In this document: in pieces, positions 9,108 through 19,202 of the stretch
Numbering within the stretch: the stretch's first letter is position 1
Layout of the letters: the number at the start of each line of letters is the position of its first letter
Source: an uncultured virus (IMG/VR IMGVR_UViG_3300042433_000193)
Taxonomy: Duplodnaviria; Heunggongvirae; Uroviricota; Caudoviricetes
Length of the DNA: 64,000 bases
Reading direction: 5' to 3' (one strand)
IMG/VR virus record: IMGVR_UViG_3300042433_000193
Translations under genes and position numbers: made by a program
Notes under the pieces: model-generated
What the model was told of the DNA's origin: nothing
Seen by the model: the letters and a program-made list of their open reading frames with translations, nothing else
The model's database searches: none

Positions 9108-11996
9108 ATGGTAACACAAAGCTCTAACCGTGTCAAGATCGACCAAAACAATCCTTGCCCCCACTGTGGTAAGCCTGATTGGTGCTATATGTACACTTCC
9201 GAGGACGGCAATTTACTCTCGGTCTGCAACCGAGATCACGAACCCGCACCAGGATGGGAAAAATCTTCTAAATTAGATAGTCAGGGCAAGCCAATCTACT
9301 ATTTTAAGAAAGAAGTCAAGTTTTCTGGCTATAAAAAAGAAAAAATCCAATATTTTCTTTATCCTCCCCTTGCTAGTGGGGTGAGAATCCGCGTGTACCG
9401 GAAGGACTATCAAGAGAATGGTATCTGGAAAAAGGATATTAAGCAGCAACATTCTACAGATAATGGTGAAAATTGGAAATGGGGCATAGATGATATTGAG
9501 TACAAAGATATACCTCTTTATCGTCAAGACCGCCTAGAAAAGGCTATTAAAGAAGGGACCCAGATATTTGTAGTAGAAGGCGAGACTAAGGTAGAAAGGC
9601 TTGAGTCGTTTGGGCTGGTTGCCACTTGCAATATAGGCGGATCAAAGAAATGGCAGTCAGATCACACGAAAGCTTTGAAGGGAGCAAATCTGATTTTATG
9701 CCCTGATCGCGACAAAGGGGGAGTGGCTCACTGCCAGAAAATTTATCAAGATTTCCCCGATGCAAAATGGCTTTATGCCTATCCAGATTCTCCTTTGTGG
9801 AATCATTTACCAGATTCTCAAGGGGTAGATATTCTTAATTGGATTGAAGAAAAGAAGGTAACTCTCGATACATTGCTAACTGCGATAGTTGATAAACCAA
9901 AAGAAACAAAAGAGAGCAAAGAAAAAGAAGTCACAGTAACAGAAACGATGACTTTTCAAGACCTAATAACAGCTATTGACGGCTGTATTGGTCAGGAAGA
10001 AATCACCCGAACTCAGTGGCAAGAAAAAGTTGATCTGTGGGCAAAAGCCACTGGTAAGAAACCATCGGACATACGACATTTAATTGAAATCCGTAAAACA
10101 GAAATAGCAGAAGGGGACGCTATCAAATCAGGATTAGAAGGGTTCCTGAAAGGTAAGCATTATCAGCAGAAAGAGATTGATCTTTTTGAGATACTTCCGA
10201 AACCTTTAGCCGAAGCGATTATAAGCCGTGCCAAGACATTAAATCAACCCCCAATCAGATTACTGCATTCTTTATGGCCAATACTAGGAGCTATTTTAGG
10301 AAGTCGGTTTGCAATTAACCTCCGAACTACTGTAAGAGAAAGGGAATGCTGGAAGGAATACCCGATATTCTATTGTGCAGATTTGGGCGGGGTTTCCACT
10401 GGTAAAACTCTCACTCAAAACGAAGTTTGTCGGGTTTTGAAAAGAAAAGATTTAGCCGAGCAGAAAAGAGTTACTAAGGAACAATCCACACTAGACGATC
10501 TAAAAGCTGCGTGGCAAGAGATGTCAGCGTCAGATCGCAAGGCAAACAAAACAAACGCTGAAATCAACCCTCGTCTTTATGAGAAAGAACACTGTCAGGC
10601 GCGTCGGTGGTTTTACGATGAAGGCACTCTTGATGGCATCTTAAAAACGATGTCCTCGCAACCTTCTTGGCAAGGTGGGGTAGTCGTATATGACGAATTA
10701 TCGGGATTTTTTGAAGGATTAAATCAGTACCGATCAGGTGGTAAAGGTAACGACCGGCAACGAGACTTAAGCAACTGGAATGGCCCTATCCGAAATACTT
10801 TTGACCGCGTAAACAAAGACAATCGATACTATTTAGATGGGCAAACACTTAATAAATTAGGTGGGATACAAGTCGAGAAACTCAGGAAATATCTTGATTT
10901 ATCTAATGATGTCGATGGGGCAGTTTCTCGGTATCTTTTCTTGCTACACGAACCCCTTGATCCTCGTCCTGGTAAGCCGCCAGAAGACCCTAATTCTATC
11001 GATGAGTGTATCGAAACACTGGTCAATCAAATCAGTGGAATTAGCCTAGAAGCTGATGAAAATGGGATTATCGATCCTTATAATTGCTGGTTTAGCGAAA
11101 TCGGAGAAAGTTATGCCTGGGGTATTAAGTATCACTACGAGATACTTATTAAGAAGTATCGAGCGATTAATCCATCATTTGCTTCCTATCTAGGAAAGCA
11201 AATGAAGACTTTTTTAAGGCTTACATTAAGCATCCATCTTCTGAATTGGATATTTGATCCAGATAATACTAATCTTTACAGTATTCCTGTACAAACAGCC
11301 ATTAAAGCTGCTAAGATGACCGACTTCTATATCAGTCAATTCCTGACAATTCAAGGAGTTACGTCTCAGGACGAAAATCCAGTACAGGGAATTTTATCCG
11401 AAATCTGGGAGATCGTTAAAAGCGCAGGTCAAATCAAACCTCGGGACGTTGCCCAAAAATTCGGCGGGCGTAAAATTAATGGGGAAAAAGTAAATACTTC
11501 TATCGCCCGTACCCTACTTACTCAGCTAGAAAACGCTGGTTATGGACGACTAGAAATTAAGTCAAGGGGTATGGTGTTGCACTATCAAGAGCCAAAAGAA
11601 TTAGAAACTTTTGAGATAGAAGATTCTCTGGAATATCAATCGGAGATAAAAGAAGAAATTGTTCAAGTTGCCAGTCCCACTTTCACACACCCAAAAAATG
11701 AATCGATCCCTGATTCTGACATAGTAGAAGTTGAATCGGAGCCAGTAATCGATGAGTTATCGGCTGATGGTGTACACATTGATAGCCTTCCTGATCTTGA
11801 GAAAGAAAAGGTGCTAGTGCGGACGGCTGCACCTATAGAGATAGGAGAGCGAACTATCCCACCAAGAGCGGTCGGAAAAGTTATAGAAGCAACTTTTGAT
11901 AATCAATGGCTTTTGAGGGTAGAAACTGTTTTAAATGGGTCTGTGATCATTTTTACAATTCCATTTTCTGATTGTTACCTAGATATAAGTACCTGA
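9108..11996 (+). CDS. Primase/replication protein: Zn-binding, TOPRIM and DUF3987-like P-loop domains
   Basis: PCPHCGKPDWC; VVEGE and CPDRDKGG TOPRIM motifs; GGVSTGKT Walker A; VVYDELSG Walker B. Confidence 0.85.
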   Translation: MVTQSSNRVKIDQNNPCPHCGKPDWCYMYTSEDGNLLSVCNRDHEPAPGWEKSSKLDSQGKPIYYFKKEVKFSGYKKEKIQYFLYPPLASGVRIRVYRKDYQENGIWKKDIKQQHSTDNGENWKWGIDDIEYKDIPLYRQDRLEKAIKEGTQIFVVEGETKVERLESFGLVATCNIGGSKKWQSDHTKALKGANLILCPDRDKGGVAHCQKIYQDFPDAKWLYAYPDSPLWNHLPDSQGVDILNWIEEKKVTLDTLLTAIVDKPKETKESKEKEVTVTETMTFQDLITAIDGCIGQEEITRTQWQEKVDLWAKATGKKPSDIRHLIEIRKTEIAEGDAIKSGLEGFLKGKHYQQKEIDLFEILPKPLAEAIISRAKTLNQPPIRLLHSLWPILGAILGSRFAINLRTTVRERECWKEYPIFYCADLGGVSTGKTLTQNEVCRVLKRKDLAEQKRVTKEQSTLDDLKAAWQEMSASDRKANKTNAEINPRLYEKEHCQARRWFYDEGTLDGILKTMSSQPSWQGGVVVYDELSGFFEGLNQYRSGGKGNDRQRDLSNWNGPIRNTFDRVNKDNRYYLDGQTLNKLGGIQVEKLRKYLDLSNDVDGAVSRYLFLLHEPLDPRPGKPPEDPNSIDECIETLVNQISGISLEADENGIIDPYNCWFSEIGESYAWGIKYHYEILIKKYRAINPSFASYLGKQMKTFLRLTLSIHLLNWIFDPDNTNLYSIPVQTAIKAAKMTDFYISQFLTIQGVTSQDENPVQGILSEIWEIVKSAGQIKPRDVAQKFGGRKINGEKVNTSIARTLLTQLENAGYGRLEIKSRGMVLHYQEPKELETFEIEDSLEYQSEIKEEIVQVASPTFTHPKNESIPDSDIVEVESEPVIDELSADGVHIDSLPDLEKEKVLVRTAAPIEIGERTIPPRAVGKVIEATFDNQWLLRVETVLNGSVIIFTIPFSDCYLDIST

Positions 11997-12001
11997 TAGG
12001 A

Positions 12002-12030
12002 TTGACAATTTTAGGAGTCCCTGATAGGAT
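12002..12030 (+). promoter_or_regulatory. Sigma70 promoter driving the tRNA/tmRNA-like RNA
   Basis: TTGACA-17nt-TAGGAT; predicted start about 12037 coincides with the 5' end of the acceptor stem. Confidence 0.7.
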
Positions 12031-12036
12031 TGAAGT

Positions 12037-12234
12037 GCTAGAGTAGCTTGGTAGCTAAAGGCTGAAACGAAGCCTTCAACCGAAAAGGGACTTAATGCAA
12101 AAAATAAAATTATTTTTTGTTTCAAAACTGAAATTTGCGAATCCACCGAACTTAGCAAAGATTGAGTGAGGGAAGGGCGTTTCGTCAGGAGTAGATTTAA
12201 TTAAGTTTTGCGGGTTCAATTCCCGTCTCTAGTA
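12037..12234 (+). ncRNA. tRNA/tmRNA-like structured RNA (198 nt)
   Basis: Acceptor GCTAGAG/CTCTAGT plus A; T-arm GCGGG-TTCAATT-CCCGT; mini D-arm GCT-TGGT-AGC; long helix gaaacg..ccttc / gaagg..cgtttc enclosing an ORF-bearing domain. Confidence 0.6.
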
Positions 12235-12492
12235 CCTATGATCGGACAATATATTCCCTCCCGATACCCTAAAAAAGTTTATCGTGTTAATTCCTATGGT
12301 CAAATTTTCCCCCAGTGCAAACCACTGGGGATTATTAAGACTGCCATAGGAATCTACTATCACTTTGAATCAATTGATCGCCTCACAAAAGGAGAACATT
12401 TTTACTGTTTTCGCAAAGAAGATTTTCAAGAAATTTCTTGACAATTCTAGCAGAATGATGTAAGATTTAAGTAATGAATTAAGGAGGAAATC

Positions 12493-12681
12493 ATGAAGCT
12501 TATTGTAAACATGAAGACTGCTGAAATTAGTTATTACGCTAATTTCTATGCCGGACAATATCGAAGTTCTAAAAAAGAATCTGGAGAAAATGTCCAAAAA
12601 AAACGTGACATTTTATACTCTAAAATTCAGGAGTATAATAAAGTTTTGGAACAACGAGGTTTTAAAAAAGTAAAGGTGTAA
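12493..12681 (+). CDS. Hypothetical protein
   Basis: 62 aa, AAGGAGG RBS, TTGACA promoter at about 12439. Confidence 0.65.
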   Translation: MKLIVNMKTAEISYYANFYAGQYRSSKKESGENVQKKRDILYSKIQEYNKVLEQRGFKKVKV

Positions 12682-13195
12682 GTGTAAAATGACAACAAAC
12701 TCAAAAAAGCGACTATATTGTGTAATTTTTTGGCTAACGATTTTGGCTTATTTAGTAATTATATCGGCTTTATTATTAGATGCGAACGAAGCCTATAAAG
12801 ACTACAAAGTTAATTTGAGCCTATTGTACGGTATTGTTTAAAAAAGTAAAGGTGTGATTATGGAAAAAGAAACTAAAAAAGCATGGGCTAAATTATCAAG
12901 TCAGGATGACATTGATAAGAACAAAGGACTTATCAGAGGGACAGATGAGCAAGAGTCTGCCAAAAGATTTAAAGCACATTTAGAAAATTGTAGAAAACAC
13001 TTAAAGGATTGGAGGCAATGAGATACACGATCAGGACAATAGATAGAAAAAATAAGCCTTGCAAGATTAAAACTTCTATGCACGAAAGCCGATTAATGGC
13101 TTATTTAGACGCTTTAAGCCGCAACGGTCATCATGGTATCGTAGTAGAGGAATCAGTAGGTATTTCTTAGTAAATTTACCCAACAGGAGTAACAC

Positions 13196-13594
13196 ATGAA
13201 CACATGGCAAATAGCGGAAAAGTTATTTAATTTCTGTAAAGAAAAATACCCAGATTTAGACTGGAATTTTGATTTTACAGATAATCGCTACGAAATCATT
13301 CAATGCTTAACTTTTTCTAATAGCAGCATAGAGATTGGATACGGTTTTTGTACGGGATTAGACAGACAACTTAAGTGTGTTCAGTGGCAAGATAACCAAA
13401 TAGGAAGGTTTAAAATTTGGATAAATCCTCCTACTGAGTTCTGTCATGATCGGTATGAAGACACTATAGTTTTTGAGAATCTTGCCTATTATAGACATGA
13501 GCTATGGAGTGCAGAAAATTGGAAATTAGTTAGTCAATACCGAAAAATAATGCTAGATATTTTCACTTTCATTCTTGATGAGATTCAAGAGTAA
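13196..13594 (+). CDS. Hypothetical protein, tandem paralog family
   Basis: AEKLF.FCKEKYP.L.W start and MLDIF.FILDEIQE end shared with the next ORF. Confidence 0.75.
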   Translation: MNTWQIAEKLFNFCKEKYPDLDWNFDFTDNRYEIIQCLTFSNSSIEIGYGFCTGLDRQLKCVQWQDNQIGRFKIWINPPTEFCHDRYEDTIVFENLAYYRHELWSAENWKLVSQYRKIMLDIFTFILDEIQE

Positions 13595-13607
13595 ATAGGA
13601 GCAACAC

Positions 13608-13982
13608 ATGGACACACAGTTAGTAGCGGAAAAACTATTTAAGTTTTGTAAAGAAAAATACCCAAATCTAAGATGGGACATCAAATCTGCAAGAAAAGAC
13701 TCAACATATATTTATGGATCAGATTCTTTTATTGAATTAACATTAGGGGTTCACAAAGAACGTGAATTTGAATATATTTTAGGTTCTTCTAAAATATCAT
13801 CTCCTATGCTCTGGCTAGGCACGTTTCACGTTTGGATGAATTTTGAAAAAAATAGTGACATAGATTTTACTCTTTATGAGACAAACAAAATATGGAACGA
13901 AAAAGATTGGGTATTATCCAAACAATCTCGAAAAGTAATGCTAGATATTTTTAACTTCATCCTTGATGAGATTCAAGAGTAA
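13608..13982 (+). CDS. Hypothetical protein, tandem paralog family
   Basis: Same terminal motifs as 13196-13594; AGGAG RBS. Confidence 0.75.
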   Translation: MDTQLVAEKLFKFCKEKYPNLRWDIKSARKDSTYIYGSDSFIELTLGVHKEREFEYILGSSKISSPMLWLGTFHVWMNFEKNSDIDFTLYETNKIWNEKDWVLSKQSRKVMLDIFNFILDEIQE

Positions 13983-14005
13983 AAACATTACTAAGAGTTA
14001 AAACA

Positions 14006-14338
14006 ATGGCGACAAACAAAGAGTTAGGACTTCCGCCTAAAGGAACGTATCCAGCTAGGGTAATTGAAGTTATCGATAATTTTAAAGTAGTAATAAACCG
14101 TGGTAAATTAAATTGTATCCGAATAGATACTTCTCATCTAGTTTATTCGATTACAAACAAGCCAATATACGACCCGATAACTAGCGACTTCATTGGTCAT
14201 CGTATTCTTTATAAAGGGTCAGGAATGATTATTTCTGTTGAAGAAAATACCTCTATTATTCAAGCTTGCAATAATTCTCGATACGACTGCAAGGAATTTG
14301 TCAATGTTTGTGTCAACGATTTAGTTATTTGTATTTGA
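14006..14338 (+). CDS. Hypothetical beta-barrel-like protein
   Basis: ARVIEVID..KVVINRG...IYDPIT pattern. Confidence 0.6.
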   Translation: MATNKELGLPPKGTYPARVIEVIDNFKVVINRGKLNCIRIDTSHLVYSITNKPIYDPITSDFIGHRILYKGSGMIISVEENTSIIQACNNSRYDCKEFVNVCVNDLVICI

Positions 14339-14348
14339 GGTAATAACA

Positions 14349-14825
14349 ATGGAACTATTAAAAAAAGCGTCATTTAAAGAAATCAGAGATTTCTTTAAAA
14401 AAACTTTTGAGCAGATGAGTATCTCCGAATACGATACGGTGGACATCTCAGAGTGGGATACAGTCGCAGACGACAAATGTATTCGTTTAATAGGAACTTT
14501 AGTAATTAAAGAAGATTATCTTTACAAAACTTATGGTAAGTTAATAAAAAACAAAAAGTATGAAGTTTTGATTGAATGTCGAGAAATTTCGACTGAATAT
14601 CAATTGATAAACAAATGCTTTGAAAAAATCACAATAGAAGGTACGTTAGGCGGGTCTTTGGTTGTCCTGCATTGGAACTACAGTCTTGACAGAAACAATG
14701 AAACCTCAAGATATAATCTTTATCCAAGCGGAAACAAAAAAGAGTTTAATATTTTGATTCCAGAAGCAACAAAGATAATGGAAACTATTTTAGGTTTTAT
14801 CAAAACAATTAAAGCTGAGGATTAA
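14349..14825 (+). CDS. Hypothetical protein, paralog of 14831-15301
   Basis: C-terminal ILIPEATKIMETILGFIK resembles ILLPETKKIIKPILDFIK in the next ORF. Confidence 0.65.
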   Translation: MELLKKASFKEIRDFFKKTFEQMSISEYDTVDISEWDTVADDKCIRLIGTLVIKEDYLYKTYGKLIKNKKYEVLIECREISTEYQLINKCFEKITIEGTLGGSLVVLHWNYSLDRNNETSRYNLYPSGNKKEFNILIPEATKIMETILGFIKTIKAED

Positions 14826-14830
14826 CGCTA

Positions 14831-15301
14831 ATGAACAAAACAGAAGCATTAAAACAAATTGAGGTTTTTTGTAGAGAAACTTTTAGCCATTCTAATTACT
14901 CAGAATGGCAAATAAAGACAAAAGACGGATTTTCCTATTTACAAGGAACACTGCAAAAGAATACTATGTTTTCTCAATGTCTAGTCCAATGTCAATACGA
15001 AGTATGGATTGAATATCAAAATAAATATTCTAAAAAATTAATAGTTACAGTAGAAGCTTGTTTAGCTTTAGAGTATAATTCTGTACTTTATCTTAGTTGG
15101 GTTGAAATAAAATCAAACAAGAAAAAAATACTAGGAGATGGTAAACATTTGGATATTTTACTACCAGAAACAAAAAAAATAATAAAACCTATCTTAGACT
15201 TTATCAAAAATGAAATACAAATCAAAATAGATTTGTCTAAAAAGGTTAAAAAAGATAGTTGGTTACAATTGACTATAGATTTTATTGAAACCAAAATATA
15301 A
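14831..15301 (+). CDS. Hypothetical protein, paralog of 14349-14825
   Basis: 156-aa ORF with the shared C-terminal motif. Confidence 0.65.
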   Translation: MNKTEALKQIEVFCRETFSHSNYSEWQIKTKDGFSYLQGTLQKNTMFSQCLVQCQYEVWIEYQNKYSKKLIVTVEACLALEYNSVLYLSWVEIKSNKKKILGDGKHLDILLPETKKIIKPILDFIKNEIQIKIDLSKKVKKDSWLQLTIDFIETKI

Positions 15302-15315
15302 TCTGAAATAAAAAC

Positions 15316-17145
15316 ATGACACCAACACTACAAACACAAACACTTTCTGTACCGACTAAACCACAAATTCAATTAAGAGATGACCAAAAAGCTCTTAAAA
15401 GAGAACTGTATGACGCTCTAAATCCAAAAATCTACAAAAGAGCCTTAGTCGTTGCCCCTTGCGGATGGGGTAAAACAGTATTTTTTTGTCAAATAATCTA
15501 CGATGCCGCCGTAAAAAGACAGCGACGGACTTTAATCGTAGTACCTTTTACGGTACTTATTGAGCAAACCCTAGAAACTCTAGGAAAATTTGGACTATCT
15601 GCTGGGGTAATTGCTGGTAACTACAAAGAAGATAGAAACCAATTAGTACAAATTGCAACGACTCAAACCTTATCTAGAGGACGAGATATTACTTGGTTTA
15701 ATCCCGAAGTAATACTAGCCGATGAAGTTCATCTATCAGCTTACTGCCAATGGTTTAAAGATAGCTTTCCCAATCTTAAAAACGGTAAGCAAACAACCTC
15801 AATCAAAGACATTCGTGACGAATTAGCAGTATTAGGTATCGCTGTAGAAAGAGAAGACATAGAGCCTTACAAAATTACTTTTGAGGAAGCTAAAGAAAAA
15901 TGCAAGCACCTTAGCCTGGTTCACGCTGAATCAAAAGAAATCTTACAAGAAATAAACTCGGCATGGGAAGTAATTCGTAAGCAACAGCACCTTTTTTCGG
16001 GGAAAACCCTACCAGTAGATAATCGTCTCGTAATTGGTCTAACGGCAACCCCGTGGCGGTTGTCGAAACGTGAAGAGCTAGGAGATATTTTTGAGGTTCA
16101 AGTAACTGGCCCTACTCCAAAAGAAATGATTGAACGGGGTGCGCTTGTCGGTTGCGTTTACTTTGGAACTAAAAATAAAATAAACACTAAAGGGGTAAAA
16201 ATTAATGGTGGAGACTTTGATGCTAGTCAGTTAGAAATTCGTTGTCTTGAGGCGGTAAAATCAACAGTTTCCGAGTATCGCAGGCTCGGTCAAGGGAGAC
16301 AATTTGTTTGTTTTGCTGCGGGTGTGGAACACGCTAAAAGCCTCTGCACAGAATTTAATGAGAGGGGTGTTCCCACAGCCATTATCACAGCCGAAACACC
16401 AGAGCAGGAAAGGAGAGAAATATTTAGAAAGGTAGCTGAATTAGGATTGCGGGGGATTATAAATATCAATACTTGCGGAATAGGGTTCAACCTACCCGCA
16501 ATTTCTTGTATTATTCACGCCAGACCGACCAAAAGCCGAACCCTTTATATTCAGATGACTGGTCGGGGTCAACGGCTTTGTAGCTGGTTAGACAAGATTG
16601 ATTGTCTGGTCTTAGATCAAGCGGGAAACGTAACCGAGCATGGATTTATCGAGGATGTAAAGTATCCTAAGCTTTTTACGTCTTCTGATACCGAAAAAGG
16701 ACAAGCTCCGACTAAAGAGTGCGAAAATTGCAATAAAATAACCTACGCTTCCGCTCGTATTTGTCCTCATTGTGGCTATGAATTTCCAACAAAAGAAAAA
16801 AAACAAATCGCCAACGAAAGACTAGAGATTATAATTCACGATAAAGATAGAGAATTATACCTAGCCTACAAGTACGCTCTCAGACAAGCTTACAAAAAAG
16901 GTGAGCATATTGAAAGTGTCCGGGGATGGCTGATCAAAACATTTAAAAATCCTAGACTAAGCAAAGACTGGATGCCCCCTAAATCTTGGAAGTTACACGC
17001 AATCTTCAAAAAAGACTATAATGAAAATGACTTGAATAATTACGAAGCTTACTTGAAAAGTCTTTGTAAAATCGAGAACAATAACTGGGTAAAAGCTAAG
17101 ATGGCAGAGGAATTTGGAGATGGCTGGGACAATATTCGGCTCTAA
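15316..17145 (+). CDS. Superfamily 2 DEAD/DEAH helicase with C-terminal zinc finger
   Basis: LRDDQ, APCGWGKT, DEVH, GLTATP, QMTGRGQR, CENC...CPHCG. Confidence 0.92.
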   Translation: MTPTLQTQTLSVPTKPQIQLRDDQKALKRELYDALNPKIYKRALVVAPCGWGKTVFFCQIIYDAAVKRQRRTLIVVPFTVLIEQTLETLGKFGLSAGVIAGNYKEDRNQLVQIATTQTLSRGRDITWFNPEVILADEVHLSAYCQWFKDSFPNLKNGKQTTSIKDIRDELAVLGIAVEREDIEPYKITFEEAKEKCKHLSLVHAESKEILQEINSAWEVIRKQQHLFSGKTLPVDNRLVIGLTATPWRLSKREELGDIFEVQVTGPTPKEMIERGALVGCVYFGTKNKINTKGVKINGGDFDASQLEIRCLEAVKSTVSEYRRLGQGRQFVCFAAGVEHAKSLCTEFNERGVPTAIITAETPEQERREIFRKVAELGLRGIININTCGIGFNLPAISCIIHARPTKSRTLYIQMTGRGQRLCSWLDKIDCLVLDQAGNVTEHGFIEDVKYPKLFTSSDTEKGQAPTKECENCNKITYASARICPHCGYEFPTKEKKQIANERLEIIIHDKDRELYLAYKYALRQAYKKGEHIESVRGWLIKTFKNPRLSKDWMPPKSWKLHAIFKKDYNENDLNNYEAYLKSLCKIENNNWVKAKMAEEFGDGWDNIRL

Positions 17146-18046
17146 TGGATTATTACTGGCATCTTCCCAGGAATACAAAGAACAAATAGCGAACGAGCTA
17201 TTTAGACTTATTTCTATAGGCTCTGCTCCTATTCTTTCCTATACCCTTACCACACCCCCAAGTCCTCAAAGTATAGATAGCTACTATATTGTCCCCGCAG
17301 GAGCTACTGGGGCGTGGGCGGGAAAAACTAATCAGATAGCTTATCCTGTAATTGGCTTGAATGGATTGCCTACAGGAACTTGGAAATTCTGGCAGCCTTT
17401 TACTGGATTAACAGTTTTCCTTGTTTCTGGAGAAGTAATATTTTTTAATGGCACGGATTGGCAAACAACAGTCATGGGGGATATGCTTATCGCTGATTAC
17501 GGGGGATCATCGTTCGGGACAGTGGCTAAAGCCGATGAAATTGTAGGGAATCCTAGTAATGATACTTTCTACGGGAAAGAATCAGGAAATAAAGGATTCT
17601 TCGGTTTCTTCTCAAAAGTTTTATCAACTTCATTGACGGCTTTAAATATAACTACTGGTGGCGCAATAACTGCTACTGATGATATTTTACAGGCTTTTGG
17701 CAAACTCCAAAATCAAATTAATAGTATTAATGATAATACCGAACAATATTCTGGGGATATAGAAGCTCCTATTGTTCAAACTTATCCTCTTGATTTTGCT
17801 TTATTAAGAGGGTATAATATCCTAAGCTTTAGTGCGGTAACTCAATCTGGCACAGCTACTATATCGGTTAAAATTAATGGAATAGATGTCCCTAATTTAA
17901 ATAATCTATCTATTACTTCTACTCGACTAACTGTTCCCGTGACAACAGGGAATCTTCTTGGCATAGGAAGCAGGTTAGAACTTGTTGTTTCTGCTGTTAA
18001 TAATCCTGAGCATTTATTTTTTACTATAGGAAGAAAATATGTCTAG
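17120..18046 (+). CDS. DUF2793-domain tail/virion protein
   Basis: TTPP...YIVPAGATGAWAGKTNQIA...W.F..P..G motif. Confidence 0.7.
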   Translation: MAGTIFGSNGLLLASSQEYKEQIANELFRLISIGSAPILSYTLTTPPSPQSIDSYYIVPAGATGAWAGKTNQIAYPVIGLNGLPTGTWKFWQPFTGLTVFLVSGEVIFFNGTDWQTTVMGDMLIADYGGSSFGTVAKADEIVGNPSNDTFYGKESGNKGFFGFFSKVLSTSLTALNITTGGAITATDDILQAFGKLQNQINSINDNTEQYSGDIEAPIVQTYPLDFALLRGYNILSFSAVTQSGTATISVKINGIDVPNLNNLSITSTRLTVPVTTGNLLGIGSRLELVVSAVNNPEHLFFTIGRKYV

Positions 18047-18281
18047 ATGGTTGTTTTTTCCTTTTCTTAATCCTTTTGTTCCTAACGGTGAATTTACTTA
18101 TTGCGAACTAAGCAATGCTACAATTAGTGATATGCGTCCATTAGGCAACGTAGATGGTACTTTTCTCTATTGCGCTTTTGATATTAATAACTATAGTATG
18201 CGTCCTGTAGATACGGTAGATGGACAGTTTCTTTATTGCGCTTTTGCCCTTAACAACTCAGGATTCGATAGAACACCATGA
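18039..18281 (+). CDS. Small protein built from three YC-motif repeats
   Basis: G.F.YC......MRP units ending NSGFDRTP. Confidence 0.65.
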   Translation: MSRWLFFPFLNPFVPNGEFTYCELSNATISDMRPLGNVDGTFLYCAFDINNYSMRPVDTVDGQFLYCAFALNNSGFDRTP

Positions 18282-19201
18282 CTACTAATTTAACTAATCA
18301 AGATAACGTTGGTAATTACTATTTTGGTTTTAGAACCAATGATCAAGTTTTTAGCTCGCAACAAATAGGATTAAGTTATTCGACTCTTGTAAGTTGGATC
18401 AATACTTCTTTTGGAGAAACTTGTGCGACTTGGAATAACTCTGATCCCAATTCTTTTTTTTTAATACTTCCTCATCCTGATGAGGTTTTGACTCGGCCAG
18501 CCATAACAGCCGGAGTCGCAGGCAGTTTTTCAGGTAGTAAATTTAGATTTAGTAACCAGACAATAAATCCTAGAAATACAAATGGTACAAATGGTATGTA
18601 TCAGAATACAGTTTCCTATGCCAATCCTGCCGATTCATTCAGCCCGCTTAGATTAAGATTAGGTGAAAATCTTGTCTATTATTGTGTACTAAATAATTCT
18701 TCCTTAAATATTTTTGCCTGTGTTTACTCTGGGGGCAGTTTAAATCCTAGCGCCTACTTTTTTCGCAGTATAGGTTTTGTAAAAGAACCTTTGTATTCAG
18801 ATATTGCATTTCCTCGCAATGCTTATTACTATTTTTTGGATAGCAACCAAACTTTTCTAAGTGCTGGGCGGCCAGACTTAGAAAATAATTCTGTTAGAAA
18901 ACCAATAAGACTCCCAGCCCCGGGTACTGCCGATCCAATTGCTAATTACGCTATTTCTTGCCAGATGGCCACGCCTGGAGCCAACGCCACAAACCTAGTT
19001 CTTCGAGATCATGATGCTCCGAACAAAGCGATAGGCATAGTTCCTAATTTATTGAAAACAACCTTAAATATTCCCGTGGGACAAATCTATAGAAATACTG
19101 GAATAGACTCAGATGGTTCCGATAATCCGCATTCGATTTGTGTCGGAAAAATGGGGAACGAATCAATATTAATGAGAGTGTGGGCTACAGGGTTGGTTTA
19201 G
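18278..19201 (+). CDS. Putative virion/receptor-binding protein, paralog A
   Basis: Conserved N- and C-termini with 19976-20845 (PIANY..SCQ.ATPGAN.T...LRD..APNKA.G.VPN...GIDxDGSDNP). Confidence 0.65.
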   Translation: MTTNLTNQDNVGNYYFGFRTNDQVFSSQQIGLSYSTLVSWINTSFGETCATWNNSDPNSFFLILPHPDEVLTRPAITAGVAGSFSGSKFRFSNQTINPRNTNGTNGMYQNTVSYANPADSFSPLRLRLGENLVYYCVLNNSSLNIFACVYSGGSLNPSAYFFRSIGFVKEPLYSDIAFPRNAYYYFLDSNQTFLSAGRPDLENNSVRKPIRLPAPGTADPIANYAISCQMATPGANATNLVLRDHDAPNKAIGIVPNLLKTTLNIPVGQIYRNTGIDSDGSDNPHSICVGKMGNESILMRVWATGLV

Positions 19202-19202
19202 T

